DNA of 44,522 bases. Origin: an uncultured bacterium. Its GTDB lineage: Bacteria > Hydrogenedentota > Hydrogenedentia > Hydrogenedentales > JAEUWI01. The stretch spans positions 1-44,522 of the forward strand of contig CAXBPH010000015.1 in assembly GCA_963977445.1 (NCBI GenBank). The letters are read 5' to 3'. The stretch's first letter is position 1, and every line of letters begins with the position of its first letter. A model generated the notes under the pieces. That model ran no database searches. It had not been told where the DNA came from and saw only the letters and a program-made list of their open reading frames with translations. Below are positions 18,333 to 29,089 of the stretch, in pieces. Position numbers and translations under genes: made by a program.

Positions 18333-18916
18333 TAGACGGCACTCCCATCGGCGAGGGTCTCGGCTACCAGCTGGGCCCGCTGATCCCAATCAATTTCGGG
18401 AGGGGTAATCTGGTAGAAGGGCAAACGCTCATGAATTTCGTGGTACAGACGCTGGCGAAAATGGCGCAGCACCCGACTGGCGTGGCGCTCGTGGGCACGG
18501 CTCCAGCGACTGGCTTCTACACACTCCCGGTCGCGACCGGCCTCCAGCATGAGTTCTTCCATGTAGGTGGATAGAAAGTGCTTAAGGGCCCCATCGTAGG
18601 CGCGGCGCAGCGAGTCCATCTCATCGGAATTTTTCTCGACGGCGACGTTCCACTGTGCTTCGAGGGAAATTATCCGGGCTCGGTCATCTATATATTGTTG
18701 GCGACGATCGTTGTCCCTCAATATATAGTAGGCCGCATTGAGCTTTGCGATATCCAGCAAAAAAGCATCACGGCGACTGTCGGTGATGGTCGACCGACCA
18801 ATCTCCATGAGCAGCTGCTTGATGACTTTCTTATAACTGTTGCGCACTTCACCGATTTTACAGGTTTCGGTCAGCCCCAGCACTTCGAAGTAATTGATAT
18901 AACCTTGATCCGACAT
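18332..18916 (-). CDS. J-domain-like (DnaJ-like) protein lacking the HPD motif
   Basis: NYFEVLGL...EVRNSYKK...LNAAYYILRD..RRQQY matches J-domain helices I-IV. No HPD is present. GGAG RBS precedes ATG 18916. Confidence 0.75.
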   Translation of the reverse strand: MSDQGYINYFEVLGLTETCKIGEVRNSYKKVIKQLLMEIGRSTITDSRRDAFLLDIAKLNAAYYILRDNDRRQQYIDDRARIISLEAQWNVAVEKNSDEMDSLRRAYDGALKHFLSTYMEELMLEAGRDRECVEASRWSRAHERHASRVLRHFRQRLYHEIHERLPFYQITPPEIDWDQRAQLVAETLADGSAV

Positions 18917-19056
18917 TGTCTGTATACTCCATGTAGGCGGTGATTGTACCCCGAAGGCATGGGGTTGCTCAACTGTGCTATCATTAATGCGCATGAAACG
19001 AAGTCAATCAAGGCATAATTTGAGGCCAAGTGCCTTGACGAAGGAGCGGAAGTGGC

Positions 19057-19371
19057 GTGGCGGAATACATAGGCCAATCCGGCCAGGGCGCAGCCCTGAA
19101 AGACAGGCAAAAATTTGAACGCCCCAAGCGTTATAAGGTGTTACTCCTTAATGACGACTTCACGACCCAGGAATTTGTGGTGGAGGTCCTTCGGGGCATC
19201 TTCCGCCGCTCCCACGAGGAAGCCCTGGTGATCATGTTAAATGTCCACAAGAATGGGACGGGCGTTGCAGGTGTATATATAAAATCCATTGCGGAAACAA
19301 AGGTAAAGCAGGTTCATAAACTGGCACGGCGGATGGAGTTTCCTCTCCGTTGTACCCTGGAGCCAGAGTGA
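19057..19371 (+). CDS. clpS: N-degron adaptor ClpS
   Basis: YKVLLLNDDFTTQEFVVEVL...IMLNVHKNG...EFPLRC; directly upstream of clpA. Confidence 0.95.
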   Translation: MAEYIGQSGQGAALKDRQKFERPKRYKVLLLNDDFTTQEFVVEVLRGIFRRSHEEALVIMLNVHKNGTGVAGVYIKSIAETKVKQVHKLARRMEFPLRCTLEPE

Positions 19372-19407
19372 CCGGTTACCAAACTCCGAGTTCGAGGTGC
19401 GATATTT

Positions 19408-21657
19408 ATGATCAGTAAAGAATTTGAAGCAACCCTCGGCGAAGCCCTCCGAGAAGCCCGCGAACGCCGCCATGAGTATCTTTCCAGCGAACATGTGCTC
19501 TTTGCCATCCTTCATGATGCGCGGGGGGCCGACATCCTTCGCGCCTGCGGGGGCAATCTGGCCCATCTGGAGCAGCAGCTCGAAGATTTCTTTAAGGAAG
19601 AGATGGAAACGGCACCCGATGGGGTCCAGCCGACCATCCAACAGACCACGGCCTTTGATCGGCTCATGCAGCGGGCTTTTCTCCATGTGCAATATTCAGG
19701 ACGCGATGCGGTCGACGCAGGCGACATCCTGGCGGCCATGCTGGAGGAAGACGATTCCCACGCCGCCTGGATTCTCCAGGAAGATGGCATTGCCCGCCTC
19801 GACATACTGAATTATATCTCCCATGGTATTACGGCCGATGGTGTTGAATTTATCGGGGACGATTCGGAACTTGGTGAGGAGGAGGATGAAGATGGCGATG
19901 GCGCACCCCGCCGCAGTGCCCGGGAATCTTTCACCACCAATCTGAATGAAAAGGCCGCTACCGGTGCCATCGATCCCCTTATTGGCCGCGAGGAAGAACT
20001 GAAGCGGACGGTTCGCATCCTCTGCCGCCGAAAAAAGAACAATCCTATTTTCGTCGGAGAGCCGGGTGTGGGTAAAACCGCCCTGGCGGAAGGCCTCGCT
20101 CTGGCGATTTACGAGGGGCGGGTGCCGAAGCAACTGGCGGATGTGCAAATCATCTCGGTGGATCTCGCCGGGATGCTTGCGGGCACAAAATTCCGGGGTG
20201 ACTTCGAACAACGCCTGAAATCGGTATTGAAGGAGCTGCAGGGCAAGCCGGAATACGTTCTGTACATTGACGAAATCCACACTATCGTCGGGGCAGGTGC
20301 CACGACGGAGTCCAGCATGGACGCGTCGACCATATTGAAGCCGGCGCTGGCGTCGGGGGAACTCCGCTGCATCGGCTCCACCACCTATGAAGAGTATAAG
20401 AACCATTTTGAAAAAGATCGTGGCCTGAGCCGACGCTTTCAGAAGATTGATATTGATGAGCCCACCGTCGCTGAGACCGTACGCATCTTGCGGGGCCTGA
20501 AACAACGGTATGAGGACCACCACGGCATCCAATACACGGATTCCGCGTTGCGCGTTGCGGCCGAGCTTTCTTCCAAGCATATCAACGACCGATTTTTGCC
20601 CGATAAGGCCATCGATGTCATGGATGAAGCGGCGGCGGCCGTTCGGTTGGCTCCCGGTGTGGAACGAAAGACAATTCGCCCCCATGATATCGAAATGGTC
20701 ATCGCAGAAATTGCCAAAATTCCCGCGCGGAGCGTCTCCTCTTCCGACAAAGAGCGGTTGAGTTCCATCGATTTCGAGCTGAAACATGTGGTTTTCGGGC
20801 AGGACGACGCCATCACCCAGATTACCCGGGCCATCAAACGCTCACGGGCCGGACTGGGTCGCCCCGACAAACCGATTGGATCCTTCCTTTTCACGGGCCC
20901 CACGGGTGTAGGTAAGACGGAAGTGGCACGCCAGCTTGCCCGGAATCTGGGCAACCATTTCGCGCGCTACGACATGAGCGAATACATGGAAAAGCATGCG
21001 GTGTCCCGGCTGATTGGTGCCCCTCCCGGTTACGTGGGCTTCGATCAGGGCGGACTACTGGTGGATGAGATTCGACGCAATCCGTACACCGTGCTCCTCC
21101 TGGATGAGTTGGAGAAGGCCCATCCCGATATTTATGGCATCCTGTTGCAGGTTATGGACAGTGCATCGCTCACGGACAACATGGGCAAGAAGGCGGATTT
21201 CCGAAACGTCATCCTGATTATGACCTCCAACGCAGGCGCGAGAGAGCTGGCTGCCGGCACCATCGGATTCCAGGCAGGAGAACATGACAGCCGTCACAAG
21301 AGTATGAAAGCCATCGAAAAGGCCTTCACGCCCGAATTTCGGAATCGTCTGGATGCGATTGTTCCCTTCAACCCCCTCTCCATGGATGTCATTGAGCAGG
21401 TGGTGGATAAATTCTTCATTCAATTGGAGCACCAGCTCGCTGACAAAAAAGTCGCGATTAAGCTGGCCCCGACGGCCCGCCGCTGGCTTGCGGACAAGGG
21501 CTATGACGCGACCTATGGTGCCCGCCCCCTCGCGCGGCTCATCGGATTAGAAATTGAAACGCCCCTCGCGGAAGAATTATTGTTTGGTCGCCTGGAAAAA
21601 GGGGGTGACGTGACGGTTGACGTGGAAGACGACAAAATCGTGTTGCGATTTGATTGA
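19408..21657 (+). CDS. clpA: ATP-dependent Clp protease ATP-binding subunit ClpA
   Basis: Two AAA+ modules (GEPGVGKT, GPTGVGKT), no middle coiled coil, IGF loop, 749 aa, follows clpS. Confidence 0.96.
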   Translation: MISKEFEATLGEALREARERRHEYLSSEHVLFAILHDARGADILRACGGNLAHLEQQLEDFFKEEMETAPDGVQPTIQQTTAFDRLMQRAFLHVQYSGRDAVDAGDILAAMLEEDDSHAAWILQEDGIARLDILNYISHGITADGVEFIGDDSELGEEEDEDGDGAPRRSARESFTTNLNEKAATGAIDPLIGREEELKRTVRILCRRKKNNPIFVGEPGVGKTALAEGLALAIYEGRVPKQLADVQIISVDLAGMLAGTKFRGDFEQRLKSVLKELQGKPEYVLYIDEIHTIVGAGATTESSMDASTILKPALASGELRCIGSTTYEEYKNHFEKDRGLSRRFQKIDIDEPTVAETVRILRGLKQRYEDHHGIQYTDSALRVAAELSSKHINDRFLPDKAIDVMDEAAAAVRLAPGVERKTIRPHDIEMVIAEIAKIPARSVSSSDKERLSSIDFELKHVVFGQDDAITQITRAIKRSRAGLGRPDKPIGSFLFTGPTGVGKTEVARQLARNLGNHFARYDMSEYMEKHAVSRLIGAPPGYVGFDQGGLLVDEIRRNPYTVLLLDELEKAHPDIYGILLQVMDSASLTDNMGKKADFRNVILIMTSNAGARELAAGTIGFQAGEHDSRHKSMKAIEKAFTPEFRNRLDAIVPFNPLSMDVIEQVVDKFFIQLEHQLADKKVAIKLAPTARRWLADKGYDATYGARPLARLIGLEIETPLAEELLFGRLEKGGDVTVDVEDDKIVLRFD

Positions 21658-22146
<489 letters not shown>

Positions 22147-22257
22147 TCCCGTTGCGCCTATCCCCCGCCATGCGCTAGGCTGTGTCCTCCATCTGATAGA
22201 GACGAGGCGCGCCGCGTGGCACGCCCGGCATTTAATTATCCTGAGGAGACCCACGGA

Positions 22258-23148
22258 ATGCATTCCCTTTTAAAATCCCTTGCGATTGTCGCACTGACTG
22301 CAATCAGTCTGGTGCCCCAGGCCCAGGCCGCAGATTCAAAACAGCTCCTGCTGCTCGCCGGCACCCCCAGTCACGGGCCGGGCGACCATGAGTTCAACGC
22401 GGGCGTCCAACTGCTGGCCAAGTGCCTGGAATCGGTGGAGGGGCTCGAAGTTACCTTCCACCTCAATGGCTGGCCCGAAGATGAGTCCATTTTCGATGGC
22501 AAAGACGGTATCCTCATGTATATGGATGGCGGTGCCAATCACCCCGCCGTGCAGGAGGGTCACCTGGCCTTTCTCGGCAAGCTGATGGACCAGGGCGTGG
22601 GCCTCATGTGTGCCCATTACGGTGTTGAAGTGACCGCCGAAAATGGCGGTGCAGAATTTAAAAAATGGATCGGTGGCCACTACGATTCAGGATACTCCTG
22701 CAACCCCATGTGGAGTCCGGCGTATGAGGCCTTTCCCGACCACCCGGTCACCCGGGGCGTAAAGCCCTTCGAAATCAAAGACGAATGGTATATGCACATG
22801 CGTTTTCGCGATGACCTCGCTGGCATTACCCCGCTGCTGGTGGGCACGCCTTCGGACGACGTGCGCGACGGCCCCTATGTGTACCCCAAGGGGCCCTACG
22901 AACACATCCAGGCGGACAAGGGCAAGCCGGAAACCATGATGTGGGCGGTAGAACGACCCGACGGCGGTCGTGGCATTGGTTTTACCGGGGGACATATCCA
23001 TACCAACTGGGGCAACGACGATTTCCGTAAAGTCGTGCTCAATGGCCTGGTCTGGATTACCGGCCTGGAGGTTCCCGAAGGTGGTGTGGTTTCCACCGTC
23101 ACGGCGGAAGACCTCACAAAAAACCTTGACCCCAAGGGCAAAAAGTAA
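22258..23148 (+). CDS. Exported ThuA-like (class I glutamine amidotransferase-fold) protein
   Basis: Signal peptide ending AQA. Motifs SHGPGDHE, HPVTRGV, DEWY and GGRGIGFTGGH.H.NW. AGGAG RBS. Confidence 0.78.
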   Translation: MHSLLKSLAIVALTAISLVPQAQAADSKQLLLLAGTPSHGPGDHEFNAGVQLLAKCLESVEGLEVTFHLNGWPEDESIFDGKDGILMYMDGGANHPAVQEGHLAFLGKLMDQGVGLMCAHYGVEVTAENGGAEFKKWIGGHYDSGYSCNPMWSPAYEAFPDHPVTRGVKPFEIKDEWYMHMRFRDDLAGITPLLVGTPSDDVRDGPYVYPKGPYEHIQADKGKPETMMWAVERPDGGRGIGFTGGHIHTNWGNDDFRKVVLNGLVWITGLEVPEGGVVSTVTAEDLTKNLDPKGKK

Positions 23149-23206
23149 TTCCCCCCAATTAAATTGTTATTTTGCATTACCTGTAGTATACGAAGGAGTT
23201 CACACC

Positions 23207-24184
23207 GTGTCTGACAAAATCCGCTGGGGTATCCTCGGCACCGGCCATATTGCCAATACGTTTACCAAAGCCCTCCAGTCCCTGGACGACGCCGTCGTGA
23301 CGGCCGTGGGTTCCCGGACCCAGGCGAGTGCCGACGCCTTTGGGGAAACCTACGGCATCCCCAACCGCCATGGTTCCTATGAAGCGCTGGCCGCCGACCC
23401 CGAGGTGGACGCGATCTACATTGCGACCTTGAATTCCTTGCACATGGACAACAGCATTTTGTGCCTGAAGGCGGGCAAGGCTGTTCTTTGCGAGAAGCCC
23501 TTTTGTATCAATCGCGAACAATCCGAAAAAGTCTACGCCGTGGCGAAAGAGGCCAAATCTTTCATCATGGAAGCCATGTGGACCCGCTTCATTCCTGCCT
23601 TACAACAGGCCATGGACTGGATCGATTCCGGTGCTATCGGTGAAGTGCGCATGGTGCAGGCCAACTTCGGATTCCGCTGCGACGACGCGCCCCTGTTTGA
23701 CCCCAATCTCGGCGGTGGCGCCCTCCTCGATGTAGGCATCTACCCCATCACCCTGGCGCACATGGCCTTCCGTAAACATCCGACGGAAGTTCGGAGTCTC
23801 GCCTATCTGGGACGGAATGGTGTGGACGAACAATCGACCTACCTCCTGGGTTACGAAGGCGGTGGTCTTGCCCTGCTCGGCAGTGCGGTTCAAACGAACA
23901 CCCCCTACGATGGCTACATCATGGGCACGGACGGCATGATTACGATTCACGACTCCTTCTGGAATGCCACCAAGGTGAGCCTGACCAAGAATGAAGCCGT
24001 GGTCGAAACGAAGGAACTCCCCCACATCTGTAACGGATATGAGTACGAAGCCCTCGAAGTGCACCGCTGCCTGCGGGAAGGCAAATTGGAGAGCGACATC
24101 ATGCCCCATGAGACGACCTTGGCGATGATGGGCATTCTGGATGGCATCCGTGCGGATTGGGGCCTGAAGTATCCCATGGAATAG
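23207..24184 (+). CDS. Gfo/Idh/MocA-family oxidoreductase
   Basis: Motifs IRWGILGTGHIA, VLCEKP, MEAMWTRF and GGALLDVGIY. GTG start after AAGGAG. Confidence 0.92.
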   Translation: MSDKIRWGILGTGHIANTFTKALQSLDDAVVTAVGSRTQASADAFGETYGIPNRHGSYEALAADPEVDAIYIATLNSLHMDNSILCLKAGKAVLCEKPFCINREQSEKVYAVAKEAKSFIMEAMWTRFIPALQQAMDWIDSGAIGEVRMVQANFGFRCDDAPLFDPNLGGGALLDVGIYPITLAHMAFRKHPTEVRSLAYLGRNGVDEQSTYLLGYEGGGLALLGSAVQTNTPYDGYIMGTDGMITIHDSFWNATKVSLTKNEAVVETKELPHICNGYEYEALEVHRCLREGKLESDIMPHETTLAMMGILDGIRADWGLKYPME

Positions 24185-24240
24185 GACAGGTTGTTCTGCC
24201 CCAATCTCCCTGGTTATGACAAATCTATGTATCGTCACCT

Positions 24241-24282
24241 GACGGCCCCACGCAAAGAATGCCGGGGGCCGTCCGTTTTTTT
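24241..24282 (+). terminator. Intrinsic terminator
   Basis: GACGGCCCC / GGGGCCGTC stem followed by seven T. Confidence 0.7.
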
Positions 24283-24304
24283 GGGAAGGAATTGACCAGA
24301 ACGT

Positions 24305-25264
24305 ATGGACACGCAAGATCGTACCCGCGAAATGACCCTCGAGCGATACCGCGATCGCGTGGCGCTGGCACTCCGATTCATCGAAGAGAATCTCGATCAA
24401 TCCCTGTGCCTTGATGATATTGCCGCGTCCAGCCATTTCTCGCCCTTCCATTTTCATCGCATCTTCCAGTCGATTATGGGCGAGTCGGTCAATGACTACG
24501 TCGTTCGCCGGCGTATGGAAACGGCGGTCCACCTGTTGGTCTACGAGCGCACATTGCGGGTAACCGATGTGGCCGTCGCCGTGGGCTATTCGTCCACGGC
24601 AAACTTTTCCAAGGCCTTCAGGGCCTATTTTGGTGTTTCCCCAAGCCAGATTCGAAACCCAACGGGATCGACAATAAGCAAGATAGGAAAACTATCGCGC
24701 AAGTATGGAAAAACCTTTGACCCCTGCGAATTGTATCCTCGTCTTGTGCCTGACGGCAGGCACAATGATTCCATCAACGAAGAGGATAGAAAAATGCACG
24801 TAGATGTCATTGAACGGGAGGAAGCAGCCATTTGTTTCCTTAATAGTCCACAGGGGTACCTCCCTGAATCAATCCATCAGACCTGGAAGAAATTGATCGA
24901 ATGGGGAACGTCTGCAGGTATTCCTGCGGACGAACAACAGTACTTCGCCCTGTGTCACAGCAACCCGGCGGTGACTCCGGTCGAGAAGTGTCGCTATGAA
25001 GCGTCCCTGGTCATCCCGCCGGATGTACAGGTAAATGCCCCCTTCGGACGCTCGTCGATTCCGGCTGGAAAATACGCCCGGGTCTATTACAAGGGCGCTG
25101 CGGAGGATACCAGCCAGGCACACCTCACCATTTTCAATACCTGGTTGCCGGAAAGCGGTTTTGAGCCCGACGATTACCCGTCGATGGAACATTATCTCAA
25201 CGACGTCAACAAGGATGGTTTTGTCGAGATGGAGGTTTATCTGAAGTTGAAGGACCTGGTATAG
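24305..25264 (+). CDS. AraC-family regulator with C-terminal GyrI-like effector domain
   Basis: N-terminal FSPFHFHRIF and FSKAFRAYFGVSPS; C-terminal IPAGKYA and WLPESGF. Confidence 0.9.
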   Translation: MDTQDRTREMTLERYRDRVALALRFIEENLDQSLCLDDIAASSHFSPFHFHRIFQSIMGESVNDYVVRRRMETAVHLLVYERTLRVTDVAVAVGYSSTANFSKAFRAYFGVSPSQIRNPTGSTISKIGKLSRKYGKTFDPCELYPRLVPDGRHNDSINEEDRKMHVDVIEREEAAICFLNSPQGYLPESIHQTWKKLIEWGTSAGIPADEQQYFALCHSNPAVTPVEKCRYEASLVIPPDVQVNAPFGRSSIPAGKYARVYYKGAAEDTSQAHLTIFNTWLPESGFEPDDYPSMEHYLNDVNKDGFVEMEVYLKLKDLV

Positions 25265-25543
25265 GACGTGCCCATCTATTCTGCCTTACGCGCGGAGAAA
25301 TGGAGCTGTTTTTCTCTACATAAGCGGAGATAGAACTCATTTAAAACCAGCTCGTTATTCTTACGTCTTCGACGTAATGCCGGCGAGCCGCACTCCTACG
25401 GCGCGTCCGAGACCGGCGCCCCATAGCCCCAATTCGGGAAACTGGAAATCGGATGACTTGGAAAATGTTCAAGATGAATCATCGCCTATTTTGAAGACGG
25501 CGTGGGCGGTTCCGCATGTGGCAATTGCCTTCATACTGAGAGA

Positions 25544-25571
25544 GACGCTCCCGACGCTCGTCGGGAGCGTC
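25544..25571. repeat. Isolated REP-like palindrome GACGCTCCCGAC-gctc-GTCGGGAGCGTC
   Basis: Perfect 12-bp stem with a 4-nt loop, intergenic, no U-tract. Confidence 0.6.
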
Positions 25572-25645
25572 GAAGTTTTCCGCCAAGGGACGGGAAACGC
25601 GGCGATGTGGCATTGCCGAACTTATGACATAAGTGCAGCCCCGCT

Positions 25646-25703
25646 AATCGTGCCGCGCGATACCCAAAAGGCGAGCCTGAGCGAGTCCTGACGGGTTCGT
25701 GCG
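25646..25703 (+). repeat. REP-like hairpin, family A copy 3
   Basis: AATCGTGCCGCGCGAT is the exact reverse complement of 218-233. The unit closes with GGGTTCGTGCG. Confidence 0.65.
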
Positions 25704-25781
25704 TGGAGCTTCCAATGGCCATGATTAGAGCCGAACCAGCAGAACGCTTGGGTTCAGCGGATCCATCAAATCTATTGGCGC

Positions 25782-26008
25782 TCATTCGTAGCCAAAGCGT
25801 TCTCGAATCCGTGCAAAGACCTCTTCACCCGGTATTAGCTCGACGGTGCCGTTGCGCACTTCTTCCATGCGCCTCTCTATTTCAACCATCCAGGCGGCCT
25901 CAACTTTGGGTCGGGTGGCCCCAGAGACTTTAGAATAGAATCTACAACGTGGAGACGTTCCTTCGGAGTCAGTAGATAGGCCATTTCAATGACATCTTCA
26001 GCTTTCAT
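25782..26008 (-). pseudogene. Frameshifted addiction-module antitoxin (Unstab_antitox / TIGR02574-like), with no toxin partner
   Basis: Frame 1 gives MKAEDVIEMAYLLTPKERLHVVDSILKSLGPPDP. After a 1-nt shift near 25905-25910 it continues VEAAWMVEIERRMEEVRNGTVELIPGEEVFARIRERFGYE*. GAGG RBS. Confidence 0.75.
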
Positions 26009-26199
26009 GTCGGTCAGTCCTCATTCTTTGACCGCTCAATCCTATCATGAGTCGGGCCAGAATTCAGCAATTATTCCACTTCGCGGCTAGAAGTTCCCCA
26101 GACGTGCATTGCACTCCCACGAAAAGAAAAATCGCCGTCCAGAATACCCAAATGAGCGTTCGGAACGGCGACGAGTTAGTAAAGTTATTCGCGAGGGTT

Positions 26200-27570
26200 C
26201 TACACCAGCTCAGCAACAACCTCTTCAATTACCTTCAATCCTTCGCGCAGGGCCTCTTCTTTGATGACCAAGGGCGGGCAAATCTTGACGGCGCCACCAC
26301 CGACACCCACGGGGGCGAAGAGCAGGAGGCCACGCTTGTAGCATTCATAGACAATGTGCCACGCGAGGTCGGGGTCCGGGTCTGTGCCCGAGTCGGTAGG
26401 ACGACACTGGAGGGAACACACGAGCCCGACGGCGTCATGGGCACCAATACGGCCCTTCGAGGCCGCGGTGATAGCAGCGGCCCCTTCCTTCAACACCGAT
26501 TCCAGTTTCGCGGCATTCTCGATGAGCCCTTCCTTCTTCACGACCTGAAGGTTGGCCAGGGCACCCGCCGCAGAAATCGCGTTGGCCGAGTGGGTACTGG
26601 TCATTTCGCCGGGACCATACATGGTCATGAGCTCTTCCGTGCCCACCACGGCGGAGAGGGCCGTGCCGCCCGAAATGCCCTTACCACAGGCCGCCAGATC
26701 AGGCACGACGCCCAGGTGCTGGAAGCCGAAGGCCTTACCAGCCCGGCCGAAGCCTGCCTGCACTTCATCAAAAATCAAAACCGCCTGATGCTTGTCGCAC
26801 CACGCGCGGAGGGCCTGGGCATAGGGCGCTGGCATAAGGGTCGCATTGCAGCCCTGGAAGGTTTCGCTCATAACACCACACACGTTCTCGGGCTTGATGC
26901 CTTGGGCAGCGAGGGCGTCTTCGAAGACCTGAAAACTCACATCTTCCTGACGATAGCCATCGGGGAAGGGCACGGTGACGAATCGTGGGTCCAGGTCGCC
27001 CATCCAAGTTTTTAATCCCGGAATACCACCGGCAAACTGGGAGCCCATCGTGCGGCCGTGGAAGGCGTTGCTGAAGGATACGAGGACCGATTTCTCTTTG
27101 CCCCCGATCTGCATGCCTTTCGTGCGCGCCAGCTTGATGCAGCACTCCGTGGCTTCTGAACCCGTCGTCAACAGAAAAATACGCTTCAACGGCGCCGGCA
27201 AGTAGCTCTGAATCTCTTCAATGAGCTGGGCACGGATTTCCGTGGGGAAGGCGTAGGCATAATACATGCCCTTCTTCGCCATGGCCGTGATGGCCTCGCA
27301 GATTTCCGGACGTCCGTGACCACTGGACGTCACCAACACGCCACTGGAAAAATCGATCCACTGGTTGCCGTCGGCGTCATTGATATATTCGCCATGGCCG
27401 TGATCCCAGAGGATGGGGGGCTGGCCGCCCATACTGCGGGGCTCGATAGCCCGGAGGCGCTCCAACGTGGGGATAGAGGAAGGGGCGGGTAATGCCGTGG
27501 CGATTTTTCGGTGGGCGGTATTGACCGGGGTCACTGCTTCGGGGGTAAGGGGAAATTCTTTGGTCGCCAT
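26200..27570 (-). CDS. Class III PLP-dependent aminotransferase (GabT/ArgD-like)
   Basis: Motifs DADGNQWIDFSSG, TGSEATE, AFHGRT, LIFDEVQAGFGRAG and GKGISGG. AGGAG RBS precedes ATG 27570. Confidence 0.92.
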   Translation of the reverse strand: MATKEFPLTPEAVTPVNTAHRKIATALPAPSSIPTLERLRAIEPRSMGGQPPILWDHGHGEYINDADGNQWIDFSSGVLVTSSGHGRPEICEAITAMAKKGMYYAYAFPTEIRAQLIEEIQSYLPAPLKRIFLLTTGSEATECCIKLARTKGMQIGGKEKSVLVSFSNAFHGRTMGSQFAGGIPGLKTWMGDLDPRFVTVPFPDGYRQEDVSFQVFEDALAAQGIKPENVCGVMSETFQGCNATLMPAPYAQALRAWCDKHQAVLIFDEVQAGFGRAGKAFGFQHLGVVPDLAACGKGISGGTALSAVVGTEELMTMYGPGEMTSTHSANAISAAGALANLQVVKKEGLIENAAKLESVLKEGAAAITAASKGRIGAHDAVGLVCSLQCRPTDSGTDPDPDLAWHIVYECYKRGLLLFAPVGVGGGAVKICPPLVIKEEALREGLKVIEEVVAELV

Positions 27571-27751
27571 TCGGGATACTCTCCTGAGGATTAAGGTAGA
27601 TGCGGTTGCCCGCCGTGATTGCCTGATGTTCACCCGTCCCATGCACACCAGCGTCGATGCGCCAACGATTCGGGGATTCAGGGTGGGCATCTATTGTCCC
27701 AAATAGCGACGGTTCCAATCCAGCCGCACGCCGTTGAATCCAACTGCGGCC

Positions 27752-29089
27752 TTATTTTTCCAGCAGCGCCGCGAGGGTTGGGGCTATCTGCGTGGCCACT
27801 TCTTCCGCCCCGGCCTCGGTGAAATGGCAATCGTCGTAGTAATATTCCGGTCGCCCGTTCATCGACGACAAGTCAACACAAGGGACCCCTTCTTCCTCAC
27901 ATACCTTCAGCAGCGTGGCGTTATAGGCGTCCATCGCCTCCCGTAGGGCCCCCAGGCGCAAATAACGGCCATCTTCCAGCCAGCCAAACCAGCACAACGC
28001 CGCCACATCGGCGGGGAGATCATCACGCCAGACCACGGGTTGTGTGGTGAACACGACGGCGATACCTCGTGTTCGACCCAGCCCGATCATGGTGCGAATC
28101 CGTGTCGTATAATCGCGAAGGCCGGGTTGGATGTCTGGCAGATCACCAACGAGTTCCGCCTTCGCCCGTTTTTCCCGACGTATACGGTACTCCAGCCCCC
28201 CGATCCCTTCCTGGGCCTCCGGCGGCGGCGGGTCTGCCCGTAAAGTGTGAAAAAGCTGGATGACGCGAGATTGGGTCCACCAGGGAAAATAGGGCGTGGG
28301 GGCGGGCGCGGTATCGACGACGCCCGCCGTGGGCTCGGCGTCAAACCGGGCCATATTGGTGTAATTCTCTTCCTTCGCCAGATAGCGCCACATATCATTG
28401 ATACCCGGTTGGACCACCAGCACCGTCACGCCATTCAACAGAGGCGAATCTTCCAGAAATTGGAGGTGATCCCGCGTGTAGAAGCCACTAATGCCCACAT
28501 TGCCCACCCACAGCTTTTGGGTGCCCAGGGCGGCTGACACGTTTCTCTCCAGCAGGGTTGGCCAAGTTTCCGTGTCATCGAGGTAGACACATTCCGTCGT
28601 GCTGCCACCGATGCACAACACACGGGTCGTCTGGTCGGCCCGGGGCGGGGCGACTGCGCGAATACTATTGGGACCGGTGCTGAAAACGGAATCGCCATAA
28701 ATGCCCGGTGTATCCGTCGTGTTGGTGTGGCGGGTGTAGTGAATATCCGGGCCCCGGGTGTGAAAGGGGTTGTGGGGGTGAAAGCGGCTCTCCACCACGT
28801 GGGAACCCACCTCAAGGGTGGTCCAGCCGATGACACAAATAATCGTGAGGAGGAGGATTTCCCGCCAGTGGGCACCGAGACGCCGTCGTAGGCCGGGCAA
28901 CCCGATCGCTACCCCCGTCAGGAGCCAAAGAGCGAAAAGGCCCAGTAGTCCGTGTTCAATATCTCCCTCAGGCCACCAGTGCCCGAAGCACAAGGCCCAC
29001 AGCGAGTCCAGCAGGACGACACACGGCACCAGCCAAAGCAGCAGGGCACTCAAGCGGGGACGGCTCTGGAAATCATCGTCAGGGGTCAT
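27752..29089 (-). CDS. Membrane-anchored SGNH/GDSL hydrolase-family protein
   Basis: About three N-terminal TM helices, then GGSTT, NVGISG, GIND and DDCH blocks. Confidence 0.82.
   Translation of the reverse strand: MTPDDDFQSRPRLSALLLWLVPCVVLLDSLWALCFGHWWPEGDIEHGLLGLFALWLLTGVAIGLPGLRRRLGAHWREILLLTIICVIGWTTLEVGSHVVESRFHPHNPFHTRGPDIHYTRHTNTTDTPGIYGDSVFSTGPNSIRAVAPPRADQTTRVLCIGGSTTECVYLDDTETWPTLLERNVSAALGTQKLWVGNVGISGFYTRDHLQFLEDSPLLNGVTVLVVQPGINDMWRYLAKEENYTNMARFDAEPTAGVVDTAPAPTPYFPWWTQSRVIQLFHTLRADPPPPEAQEGIGGLEYRIRREKRAKAELVGDLPDIQPGLRDYTTRIRTMIGLGRTRGIAVVFTTQPVVWRDDLPADVAALCWFGWLEDGRYLRLGALREAMDAYNATLLKVCEEEGVPCVDLSSMNGRPEYYYDDCHFTEAGAEEVATQIAPTLAALLEK

Noticed and set aside
19008..19038. 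TCAAGGCA-N15-TGCCTTGA inverted repeat before clpS as a CIRCE (HrcA) element
   Set aside because: The GCA...TGC spacing fits, but the arms match the consensus at only 3/9 and 5/9. It may be another operator but cannot be called.
25531..25785. ORF overlapping the antitoxin stop as the cognate toxin
   Set aside because: No RelE/ParE features, low-complexity sequence, and it crosses REP-like hairpins.
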